This document shows, piece by piece, positions 19,429 to 28,785 of a stretch of DNA of 64,000 nucleotides. Source of the stretch: a virus (lineage: Duplodnaviria > Caudoviricetes); the IMG/VR virus record IMGVR_UViG_3300020388_000009; one strand, written 5' to 3'. Each line of letters begins with the position of its first letter. The stretch's first letter is position 1. The notes beneath the pieces were generated by a model. It was not told the origin of the DNA and ran no database searches. It saw only the letters and a program-made list of their open reading frames with translations. A program made the position numbers and the translations under genes.

Positions 19429-19701
19429 TCAATTTTCAGCGACAAACTCTCCAGTATTTATATCAACAGTTCCTTTACCGTATTTATCATTTAAAGCAGT
19501 AACTAACTCAGTTTCTGTTGCTTGTAAATTTTTGAACTGTATCTGCAAAGTAGATTTCATTTCTTCAAGTTTTTTAAGTTCTTCGGTGACCAAAAATACC
19601 TGTAACTCCACTTCACCTAAGCCTGTTATTATTTGTACATTTTCATCTCTAACTTCGGTAATGTTTTTTAATTCTTCTTCTGTAAACTTTTTTGCTGTCA
19701 T
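19429..19701 (-). CDS. Small coiled-coil protein
   Basis: AAGGA SD; ends KYGKGTVDINTGEF. Confidence 0.7.
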   Translation of the reverse strand: MTAKKFTEEELKNITEVRDENVQIITGLGEVELQVFLVTEELKKLEEMKSTLQIQFKNLQATETELVTALNDKYGKGTVDINTGEFVAEN

Positions 19702-19717
19702 AACTTATCCTTTAAAA

Positions 19718-20536
19718 TTAATACCCATCTGGTGGTGGGTCGGTTATATTTGTATTATCTGTTTCATATTCTCCGTTAAATGTAACACGTTTAACTGAAT
19801 ATTGTTTTTGTATTGTGGACCGGCGTAATTCGTTTGGCATTAATAATGTTGCCTTTGTAGTTAATGGCAATGTAGCTCTTACCATTCGATCTTCGCCAGT
19901 TGCATTTGTAGTTTCAAATGTATAATCTTGAATAAATGTCGGAAATTTAAATGTGGTTCCCCATGCAAATCCACCTAAAGGCATAATCTGTTCTACCAAT
20001 GAATTCATTTGTTCTGTATATTCAGTCCAGAATAACAAATCATATGTCACGTCAATATATTCTGGTATTGCTGATACATAATATTCGTTAAGTCGTTTAG
20101 TACCTTGTTGCACAGAAAATCGGTCATATCGATTAACTTTGGTATGTTTATTTTGTAATATTTGTGCATTACCACTAGGATTATGATTCACATCCAATTT
20201 TTTTAACTGATCTCTTTCAGTAATCGAATTTCGGCGCAAAGTAATTACAGGAGTCATAATTTTACCTTTACGATCTCTCATATATCCTTTTGCTTGCACC
20301 TGTGCCCATTTTTCACCGCTAGCATACATTATTGGAACATCAATAACAGATTCATTTTCTACGATTTGTGGTTTTACTATTTCTCGTAAATATGACATTA
20401 TTGCCCAATCAACATCTTCAATAGTACATTTAGGTGTTTTAATAATATCATTATCACGTCGTACATGAGCTGCTCGATTAGTTTCTGCATTTCTAGAAAA
20501 ACTACTATATGTCTGTTTAATTTCTTTTTTAGCCAT
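19718..20536 (-). CDS. gp15: Tail terminator / sheath stabiliser (gp15-like)
   Basis: VPIMYASGEKW, PEYIDVTYDL..WTEYTEQMN.LVEQI; between neck and sheath. Confidence 0.7.
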   Translation of the reverse strand: MAKKEIKQTYSSFSRNAETNRAAHVRRDNDIIKTPKCTIEDVDWAIMSYLREIVKPQIVENESVIDVPIMYASGEKWAQVQAKGYMRDRKGKIMTPVITLRRNSITERDQLKKLDVNHNPSGNAQILQNKHTKVNRYDRFSVQQGTKRLNEYYVSAIPEYIDVTYDLLFWTEYTEQMNSLVEQIMPLGGFAWGTTFKFPTFIQDYTFETTNATGEDRMVRATLPLTTKATLLMPNELRRSTIQKQYSVKRVTFNGEYETDNTNITDPPPDGY

Positions 20537-21063
20537 TATAAGTTCCTAGGTATATTATTTGGTTTATTTATTCCGGATCTCACTTCTTGAATATTTAATC
20601 GATTTCTTCTTGTTACATGAGCAGTTACTTTAATTGCAACTGATAATCCAAATTCACCATGTTCAGTTTTTCCTAAATCTGTATCTGGATTTCTACCTGT
20701 CCAATACTGTGATGAACCTACTCCGTCAATTTCATAGAATTCATTATCCCATTCCAGTATATCACCTTCTTCTATTATAATATTTTTAGATTTAATATCA
20801 TCTCGTAAAAAATTAAACTCACCTAATCGACTTGAATCATATTGATCTTCGCCTATATAACTTTTATCCTCTTTAAGTGCAAGGCAATTAATTCGTATAG
20901 GCGAATAATATGTCTTGCCATCAGCCTCGTCATACATATTAGCTTTTGTATCATGTAGACTTAATTTATAAAATGCAATTTCTGTGTCAATAAATCGATT
21001 TATCAATTCACGATTAATTGATTTAATTAAACTTGCATCTCTTGCCGAACCAAATAAAGCCAT
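20536..21063 (-). CDS. gp14: Neck / head-closure protein (gp14-like)
   Basis: Follows gp13-like gene; NMYDEA..K.Y, EGDILEWDNEFYEI. Confidence 0.65.
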   Translation of the reverse strand: MALFGSARDASLIKSINRELINRFIDTEIAFYKLSLHDTKANMYDEADGKTYYSPIRINCLALKEDKSYIGEDQYDSSRLGEFNFLRDDIKSKNIIIEEGDILEWDNEFYEIDGVGSSQYWTGRNPDTDLGKTEHGEFGLSVAIKVTAHVTRRNRLNIQEVRSGINKPNNIPRNL

Positions 21064-21065
21064 TA

Positions 21066-22229
21066 TTATCCTATATAAATTTTAAGTGGTATTTTATTCA
21101 TTTGCTGTTGCATTGCATCAGATTCCGCCTGTTTACGTTCCAATTGTGCTTGTCTAGACATTGTATCAAGCGTATCTTTAAGTTCTGTTATAAGGGCCTC
21201 TTTTTCGGTTTGTCCGGCTGATAATAAGTCGCTTCCGTTCAATGTTACTTCTGCGTTTGGTATTGGTATAGAAGAATATTTGCCTCTAATAAATCCTAAC
21301 ATTTCTTTTGCTAAAGCTAGTGTATATTTACGAATCCATTGTTTTCCAACATCGTTAACATTTTTATAAATTACATTATTATATGGAACATTTGAAAAAT
21401 CGGAAATTGTACCAGTTGCTCCTTTCAAAGGATTACTACGATCTGATTTTAAAATATAATGAAAGTATACTTTTGTAAAGTTTGCACCATTTGGTATAGG
21501 AAAGAACTTTATACGGTTATTGATAAGCTCGAAAGAATATGCAGACTTTCGTATTTGATCGTTAAGTTCAATTGCCTGCATTCGTAATATATCTGCATAT
21601 ACAGGCATCATCATAAATGATACTCCTGGTGAATATTGTCCCCAGCCAAATGTATCCATCATTTGTTGAGTTCCTAAACCTGTACCTACAAATGGATCAA
21701 AATATTTTACAATGGCAGGTGGGGGATCATGAAGTAATTTTTTTATTTCTATGGCATCGGTTCCTGGTGTTCCAGACTCTAATGAAACAATTGAAGAATC
21801 GGTTAAATCATATATCTGTTGTCCAGATGTAACTGTGATAGATCCAGTATAATATGTAACATTTCCTCCAGAACCTGCTTCTACACCATACTCTTCTGCT
21901 AGTTCAATTATTCCGCCATGGCTAGGTGATACCTTTTGTCCAGTTAAATTACTTGAAGTACTAGAACCGTATAAATTTAACATGTTATCACGTATGTTAT
22001 ATGTGTTTAATTGAGCTCCATATTCTGATACCGATTCTTCAAAACAGGCAAAGAAATTGATTGGCTGTAATTCAATATCATTGATAGGATATCCCATACG
22101 TTTGGCACACCAATCAGCTATTTTATCTGCATCAGACTGAAATTGAGTATCTGCGTCATATAATCCGAATGGTGTATCTCCACTAAAAAAAGATGAAGAA
22201 CCTGGCCATATTGGTATCTTTTGTGCCAT
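21066..22229 (-). CDS. gp13: Neck protein (gp13-like)
   Basis: RMGYPINDIEL, WIRKYTLALAKEMLG.IRGKY, VTLNG. Confidence 0.85.
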   Translation of the reverse strand: MAQKIPIWPGSSSFFSGDTPFGLYDADTQFQSDADKIADWCAKRMGYPINDIELQPINFFACFEESVSEYGAQLNTYNIRDNMLNLYGSSTSSNLTGQKVSPSHGGIIELAEEYGVEAGSGGNVTYYTGSITVTSGQQIYDLTDSSIVSLESGTPGTDAIEIKKLLHDPPPAIVKYFDPFVGTGLGTQQMMDTFGWGQYSPGVSFMMMPVYADILRMQAIELNDQIRKSAYSFELINNRIKFFPIPNGANFTKVYFHYILKSDRSNPLKGATGTISDFSNVPYNNVIYKNVNDVGKQWIRKYTLALAKEMLGFIRGKYSSIPIPNAEVTLNGSDLLSAGQTEKEALITELKDTLDTMSRQAQLERKQAESDAMQQQMNKIPLKIYIG

Positions 22230-22257
22230 TAGAATTCCTTTTTATATAAATATTGAG

Positions 22258-25200
22258 TTATCCACAATGATAAGTGCATCCTACAAAAGCTTTTCTGTAA
22301 GTGGAGCCGGACCATTCAAATTCTATACAATCGTAATTATCAGAATCTATTTGGAAATCACAGTCTTGAGTTATTTTGGCAACTGTGTAATTATGAAGTA
22401 AATCATCATCTTGTTTCATTCCTAGGCCCGGAATTGGCGATGTTGTGATATAATCACCATTTTCTAAATTACCAGAGGCATTTGTAACCCAGATAGCACC
22501 TTCTCCTAATGAATTAACAAAGATTCTATCTTCCGAACCGGTTCCCATAAAAGAACATATATTTCCAGTAGGCTCATCTAAGGATTCTCCTTTGTATTCA
22601 TACCTCCATACAACACCAAATACTTTCTTATCTTTGGCAATATTAGACATTTCAATAACAGGAACTGCTTCGCTGATATTAGGTCTTGATGAACTTATAG
22701 GTCGTTTTCTACTATTAGGATTATTATAACTACCATTAGAACTAACAATAGTCCCTATAGGATATAAATTAGTATTACCATCGCCTTCTTTTGGAACTGA
22801 TCTATGGTATCCAGTAAATGAAGTTAATAAATTTCTGAAATCGTCGTCACCACCATCGAAATCAGGGTGTAATTTTATACCTTGGTTACTGGAATCATCT
22901 TCTATATAAAGTGCTCCATTCGTTCCATATGTATTGGAAACACCAAATTGCCATTGTAATGCATTTCCGGTTGAAGTTAGTCCAAGAACGGATGTTGCTA
23001 AAGTTGCGTTATAATCTGGCCCAACTATATCTAATCTAGCAGCTGGAGAATTTTTTGATATTCCTACATCACCATTAGTATCAATTGTTAATCTGTCACT
23101 GCTTCCTAATTGCCCACCGTCGGAAATTTTAAATTTATCGCCATCAGAATGATCAATTCCCATGGCATATTCTTGTATTCCTGTCAATCTGAATGTTTGC
23201 GTAGCATCACCGTCACCATCCTGGTTAATGCTGAACTGTTTATCAGTATCGCTGTTATTTCTATATACTTCCAAGTTTGCTGAAGGAGATGATGTTCCAA
23301 TACCTACATCACCATTACTGTTTATAACAAGATCAGTGCGACGATTGTCATTACCCATCATGATTTTACGAACTGATGAATTAGTAAATATTTCCATTCC
23401 ATCAGTAGATAAATATATATTACCATTGTATGTGGAATTATTACCTGATTCAACATGAAAAAGGAATTTAGTAGAATCAGAACTGTTTTCGTTCTGTATC
23501 TGGAAGTAATCTGTGTCCATTATTACATAATCTGTACTAGAGTTTTCATTTAAACGTAACATCTTACGATTACCGGCATAGAATTCTATATCATCTGAGG
23601 TAAATTCTATTTTGGTATCGGAATCACCAATATGTCCTATCTCATCCATTATATTAACACTGGTTGCATATATTTGGCCACTAGCGCTAATATCATTACC
23701 ACATGATACTTTTCCAGATATATGAGCTTCACCTGCGACCTCTAATGCAAAGCTTGGATTACAATTAATACCTAATTGGTGGTTTGTACCATCCCAAAAT
23801 AGGGCATCTTCTCCGTACACTTGTTTATATCCATCTTGCGAGCCTACAAAATTATCGCCTGGATGATCGGCTACTAATAATCGCGCAATGCCGGAAGTTA
23901 TTGTATCAATATCAACATGATCTGCGTTAGTGGCATTTGCCATTGTAACCGTTTGTATGTCCGGTGTTTTAACCCATAAGGTATTATAACTATAAGTGCT
24001 CCAATTAAGCACTACCAAACTCACATATCCATCCGCGGTTGCCGTATAATCATATTCATAAGTTACCCATGATGTGGATACAGCTCCATTATCATGCCAG
24101 TTTTCGATGCCAGTATCATCTTCTTGCACAAATGGCGATGATGATCCGGCATTATTGGACACATGAGTCTTACCATTTGGCATGTCACCGTTATGTTGAT
24201 ACAGTCGTAAATATGCTCCATTGGTATCCACAACAGAACCTTTGATCATTGTGGTGAATCGTTTTGTTTCACCGGATTTCATGTACACTGCACGGAATGC
24301 AGCTCCAATTGCATTGTCAGTCGCGCTGTATATTTTTATGGCATCTTCGGACTGATCCCATATCACATTGGCTTCTGTAGCACCGCCGAATGCTGGTTCC
24401 CATCCAGCTTCGCGTGCCATTGTGATCTCTATTTCTGTTTCTGTGAATCCATCGACATCTGCGGAAGTTATGTAACCAGCACCATTTGTTAACTGATTGT
24501 TATTGGTTGGTATAGTGGTTGAATTAAATGCATTAGAGCCTAATTCTCTAGTACCAACGTTACCGGAACTATCTATCATCAATGAAGTGTTTTCAGAATT
24601 TTGAGTAGAAAGAGCTGTTAATTGCAAATCTCCTACTGATAATATTCCTGATTCATTTAAGGTAAGCAATGTGTTTGCAGTTCCAGTTGTATGTTTACCA
24701 ATACTAAATGTATTTGTGCCATTATTATTACTATCAATATTAATTCTAACATGACCATAACTGTTTATAGTAATGTTATCATTATAGGTACCATTATTTG
24801 TGGATGTTATGGAATGGTTAAAATTGGTTCCGTAATTATCAGAATCCCATGTAAAGAATATGCCGCCCATTCTATATAGCTTGGTGCTTTGATTATTCAC
24901 ATACCTACCATAAATGTCCCCTGCAAATGTTATATCACCAGTTGCTGTATCATCCTGATCTGATCTTAAGAATTGCAGAGAATCTATTCCGTCCAATGTA
25001 TCAGCGTTAGTTGCAGAAGTAGCTGTGTCTGCATTTCCAGTTAAGGTACCTACTATATTTGGCACTGTTAATGTGTTTGAACTCGGATTATATGTTAAAC
25101 TATTTACCGAATCCTTTGCCATTGCAAAGTTTCCGGCTGCAGTACTAGTGCCAAACTGAAAAGGTATTGGATAATTATCGTTATTCGTAGTGGTAGATAA

Positions 25201-28200
25201 ATTAACATGTAGCGCATTTGTAGCCTGTCCGGCAAACTGAGAAGCTAAATTTCCATCACCATCAGTAGTTAATAAATTTGCAGTTTTTAAATTTCCAGAT
25301 GAATCTTGCACCACAATTAAATCTGAGGAGCTTCCGGCTACTAAACTGTTTAACAGCAACTTACCAACCGTTAACGTGTCTGTGCCAGGGTTATATTTGA
25401 AGGCTGCATCTGCTTTTAAACTTTCATTACCACCATCCGGAGATGTATCATCAATAAATGTTATTGGATGTTCGGCATTGCCGGAATCTGCAGTTACTTT
25501 CACGTTACTAGCGTTAGTAGCAGTTCCAGTTAACGCGCCAGAAAATGTAGTGGAATAAAGTATATTATTTGTAGCATTGAAATAAAGCGCGCTATCTTCA
25601 AAAACAGATTTGAATCCGGCTGAGCTATCCAACGTGAATAGTATTGGACAGTTTGTATCACCGGTATCTTTATTGTTTATGTTAACCTTGGTGGCATTGG
25701 TGGCGTTAGTGGCGTTAGTTGCATCTAATGCGTTTTGGGCGAAATTTGCAGAGTCTGCATTTCCAGTTAAATCTCCTGTTACATCACCTGTTAGATTAGC
25801 AGAGATATTAGGAACTGTTAATGTGTTAGTGGAAGGATTATATTGTAGACCACCGTTATTATCTACCATCATATATTGGTTACCAGATGTGCCGGCGAAC
25901 ATACCAATATTAAAGTCCATGGCAGTATTATTTGTCGGTGTTGTACCAACTGTAACAGCTGATGTCGCTGTATCAGCATTTCCGGTTAATGTTCCTATAA
26001 ATCCGGTGGCAGTAACGTTTCCTGTCGAAGGATTATATGTTAAAGTACCATCTGATTCTAAACCTAAGTTACCACCTGCCACAGCTCCTCCGGCTGTAAA
26101 TATAAGTGCATTATTTTCATTTGTAGATTCATTATCAGTTATAGTAACAGTAGTTGCAACAGTAGCTGTGTCAGAATTTCCAGTTACATTGCCAGTTACA
26201 ATTAAACTACCGGTTATGGAAACTGATCCTGTAAATTGATGAAATGCTTCAGCTGGGTCTGTATCGTGACCAAATATAGATGACCCAGAACGCACTACTA
26301 TTTGATCTTCTATTATTTGGTATCCATTATGAGCCGTACTACCACCAATAATATGATTACCTGCGGTATATAAATCTCCGGAACCACTTATATCTCCTTG
26401 CACTGTCAATGCTTTTGGTGGAGTTGTAGTTCCTATACCTAAGTTAGTATTATCAAAGTAACTTATGTCTTTACCAACTTTTAATACTTTAGTTCCTGCA
26501 TTTGCCGTGGCACTACCATAACTAAAAAAGGCTATTGGTTGATCGGTGCTTGTATTGGCAGATTGCACATAAAGCGGTGAATTACCTGCACTATTTCTTG
26601 TTATCAAACTGTAATCAGTAGTGCTTGTGTCAGTACGGAATGCATCGCTAGTTGTTATTCCATTCACATCTAATTTTGTAGCTGGAGAAGTAGTTCCAAT
26701 ACCGACATTACCAGATGCGGAAACAAACATTCTGGTTGTGTTATTAGTTTCAAGAAATATAGAAGCATTATCTACTTTCAATTTAATATCTTTATTACCA
26801 CCGCCATCTGTTAAAGTTACTGCACTATCTATCCATCCAATATGCGCTCTACTTCCATTGAATGATATTTTAGCAGAATCTCCAATGGCATTGTCATCGG
26901 TGTCTATATAAACAACAGTATCATTGGTAGAACCTTTTACATGGAGCGGGCCACTTGGTGTAGATGTTCCTATACCAACTTTACCATCTCCTTTTATTGT
27001 TAATCTATCTTCATTAGCAGTTTTTAAATTTATAGCTCTTCCATCACTATTATGGCCAATATCAAGACCTGTATCATCCATATCAATTGATGTAACATAT
27101 CCTGAATTCTTTGTAAGTTCTAATAAATTAGTTCCTGATGAGGCTGATATATGTAATTTTGCTGATGGTGATGTAATTCCTATACCAACATTACCACCAT
27201 TATAATATGAATCGCCGGCGGCGGATATCTGTACTTTAGAAGTGGTGTCGCTATATAGTTTTAATAAACCAGGATTAGTATTTCCATAATTAATAGCAAC
27301 ACCAGATGCATGATCGGCATGTAAGTGGAAATTACCACCTCCTTGATTTATACTAGATTCCCTTCCATGAGAGCTTTCAAATTTTATAGTAGATTCAGGG
27401 GCATAAACATGCAATGGTGTGTTAGGAATATTAGTTCCTATACCAACGTTAACAGATGAACTTAAATATGTGGTACCATTGTACCAAAGATTGGATTGAG
27501 ATAAAAGAGTTGCATCTGTAACAGAATCGGCTACCAATGCATGAGATACACTTCCAGATAAACTTCCGGTAAATGATATAGCTTTAACATTGCCGGCAAC
27601 TTCTAAAGTTGCATCAGGAGTAGCTGTTCCAATACCAACTTTACCATCTTTGGTAATACGCATTTTTTCGGTATTACCAACAACTTCTTTGTACGTTTTA
27701 AAGGCTATATCTCTACCAGTAGTACCATCAGCATCATTATAATGAACTCCTATGCCTCCATCACCATTGTTGAAAGTTAACAAGCATCCATCACCACCTC
27801 TAACATCAATATTACCATTTACAGTAAACTTTTGATATAATGTAGTATTAAGTCCAATACCAACTTTACCACCGTTGTTTATATAGCTATCAGTACCATT
27901 TTCGCCGTATAGACTAATTTTATTATTACCGGCAGAATCTCTTATTATAAGTGAACCATCTCCGGAACTATCTGATCCTAATACGGCTACCTTTTTATTA
28001 CTAGTGTTTTTTACACTTATATAAGTAGCGTTACCATACACTTGTAATTTATCGTTAGGAGTAGGAGTTCCAATACCTACGTTACCAGTTGAAGTAATAC
28101 GTGCAAATTCGTTAGGCCCATTTTCAAATCTGATGATAGCACCATTAATTTCTACATTACCCCATTTGCCTCCGTTATAACCTATATTAAGAGTAGAAGT

Positions 28201-28548
28201 GTTATCAGTTAAAGGAGATAAGTAGGAATCAGTTCTATTAAAAAATACACCATTCCCCCTATAGTTTGCATAAGAATCGTCTGTATGTACTACTTTTATA
28301 ATACCATCAACTTCTAATTTTTCTCCTGGTGCATTAGTTCCTATACCAACATTACCATCAGGTTTAATTCTTAGTTTTTCTGAGCCATCAGTCGTAAATG
28401 CTATACCATTAGTCTCCGGTTGAAATATACCGGTATCGGTATCATCGATAAATGAATAGGCTGGGACGCTGGCTGTACCATCGTCCGTACGTATTCGTAT
28501 TAAATCTGCAGAACTTCCGCTATGTATTATTTTTTTCCATCCAGCCAC
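22258..28548 (-). CDS. Long tail fibre with GNVGIGT repeats and C-terminal intramolecular-chaperone-like domain
   Basis: About 12 G[NK]VGIG repeats; GTG start with AAGGA; C-terminus FTGYH...GEGAIWV...GDYITTS...AFVGCTYHCG. Confidence 0.8.
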   Translation of the reverse strand: MAGWKKIIHSGSSADLIRIRTDDGTASVPAYSFIDDTDTGIFQPETNGIAFTTDGSEKLRIKPDGNVGIGTNAPGEKLEVDGIIKVVHTDDSYANYRGNGVFFNRTDSYLSPLTDNTSTLNIGYNGGKWGNVEINGAIIRFENGPNEFARITSTGNVGIGTPTPNDKLQVYGNATYISVKNTSNKKVAVLGSDSSGDGSLIIRDSAGNNKISLYGENGTDSYINNGGKVGIGLNTTLYQKFTVNGNIDVRGGDGCLLTFNNGDGGIGVHYNDADGTTGRDIAFKTYKEVVGNTEKMRITKDGKVGIGTATPDATLEVAGNVKAISFTGSLSGSVSHALVADSVTDATLLSQSNLWYNGTTYLSSSVNVGIGTNIPNTPLHVYAPESTIKFESSHGRESSINQGGGNFHLHADHASGVAINYGNTNPGLLKLYSDTTSKVQISAAGDSYYNGGNVGIGITSPSAKLHISASSGTNLLELTKNSGYVTSIDMDDTGLDIGHNSDGRAINLKTANEDRLTIKGDGKVGIGTSTPSGPLHVKGSTNDTVVYIDTDDNAIGDSAKISFNGSRAHIGWIDSAVTLTDGGGNKDIKLKVDNASIFLETNNTTRMFVSASGNVGIGTTSPATKLDVNGITTSDAFRTDTSTTDYSLITRNSAGNSPLYVQSANTSTDQPIAFFSYGSATANAGTKVLKVGKDISYFDNTNLGIGTTTPPKALTVQGDISGSGDLYTAGNHIIGGSTAHNGYQIIEDQIVVRSGSSIFGHDTDPAEAFHQFTGSVSITGSLIVTGNVTGNSDTATVATTVTITDNESTNENNALIFTAGGAVAGGNLGLESDGTLTYNPSTGNVTATGFIGTLTGNADTATSAVTVGTTPTNNTAMDFNIGMFAGTSGNQYMMVDNNGGLQYNPSTNTLTVPNISANLTGDVTGDLTGNADSANFAQNALDATNATNATNATKVNINNKDTGDTNCPILFTLDSSAGFKSVFEDSALYFNATNNILYSTTFSGALTGTATNASNVKVTADSGNAEHPITFIDDTSPDGGNESLKADAAFKYNPGTDTLTVGKLLLNSLVAGSSSDLIVVQDSSGNLKTANLLTTDGDGNLASQFAGQATNALHVNLSTTTNNDNYPIPFQFGTSTAAGNFAMAKDSVNSLTYNPSSNTLTVPNIVGTLTGNADTATSATNADTLDGIDSLQFLRSDQDDTATGDITFAGDIYGRYVNNQSTKLYRMGGIFFTWDSDNYGTNFNHSITSTNNGTYNDNITINSYGHVRINIDSNNNGTNTFSIGKHTTGTANTLLTLNESGILSVGDLQLTALSTQNSENTSLMIDSSGNVGTRELGSNAFNSTTIPTNNNQLTNGAGYITSADVDGFTETEIEITMAREAGWEPAFGGATEANVIWDQSEDAIKIYSATDNAIGAAFRAVYMKSGETKRFTTMIKGSVVDTNGAYLRLYQHNGDMPNGKTHVSNNAGSSSPFVQEDDTGIENWHDNGAVSTSWVTYEYDYTATADGYVSLVVLNWSTYSYNTLWVKTPDIQTVTMANATNADHVDIDTITSGIARLLVADHPGDNFVGSQDGYKQVYGEDALFWDGTNHQLGINCNPSFALEVAGEAHISGKVSCGNDISASGQIYATSVNIMDEIGHIGDSDTKIEFTSDDIEFYAGNRKMLRLNENSSTDYVIMDTDYFQIQNENSSDSTKFLFHVESGNNSTYNGNIYLSTDGMEIFTNSSVRKIMMGNDNRRTDLVINSNGDVGIGTSSPSANLEVYRNNSDTDKQFSINQDGDGDATQTFRLTGIQEYAMGIDHSDGDKFKISDGGQLGSSDRLTIDTNGDVGISKNSPAARLDIVGPDYNATLATSVLGLTSTGNALQWQFGVSNTYGTNGALYIEDDSSNQGIKLHPDFDGGDDDFRNLLTSFTGYHRSVPKEGDGNTNLYPIGTIVSSNGSYNNPNSRKRPISSSRPNISEAVPVIEMSNIAKDKKVFGVVWRYEYKGESLDEPTGNICSFMGTGSEDRIFVNSLGEGAIWVTNASGNLENGDYITTSPIPGLGMKQDDDLLHNYTVAKITQDCDFQIDSDNYDCIEFEWSGSTYRKAFVGCTYHCG

Positions 28549-28604
28549 GTATTGATTGTCCTTTTATAATATATAATATAATAAAACTTTGCCAGATAAC
28601 AAAA

Positions 28605-28769
28605 TTATTCTACTAATAAGTTTTGTAATTTTACTGCGGATGTGTATACTACTTGCACATCTTTTCCTTCAAATGTTGAATCTGCAATCAGTTTCAATAA
28701 AAATTCTAATTCTTCTTTTTCTAATGGTTTTGATTTTGGTGATTTTTTTTGTTTGTCTAATAAACCCAT
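28605..28769 (-). CDS. Small protein (54 aa), possible fibre assembly factor
   Basis: Below ORF-track cutoff; MGLLDKQKKSPKSKPLEKEELEFLLKLIADSTFEGKDVQVVYTSAVKLQNLLVE; SD AAGGAG. Confidence 0.8.
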   Translation of the reverse strand: MGLLDKQKKSPKSKPLEKEELEFLLKLIADSTFEGKDVQVVYTSAVKLQNLLVE

Positions 28770-28785
28770 TGTAACTCCTTTTTAG

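Noticed and set aside
28575-28603. Class E promoter before the 2096-aa fibre
   Set aside because: TTTG and TTATATT are present, but spacing is 1 nt short and the central TGAAAT is absent; too weak to call
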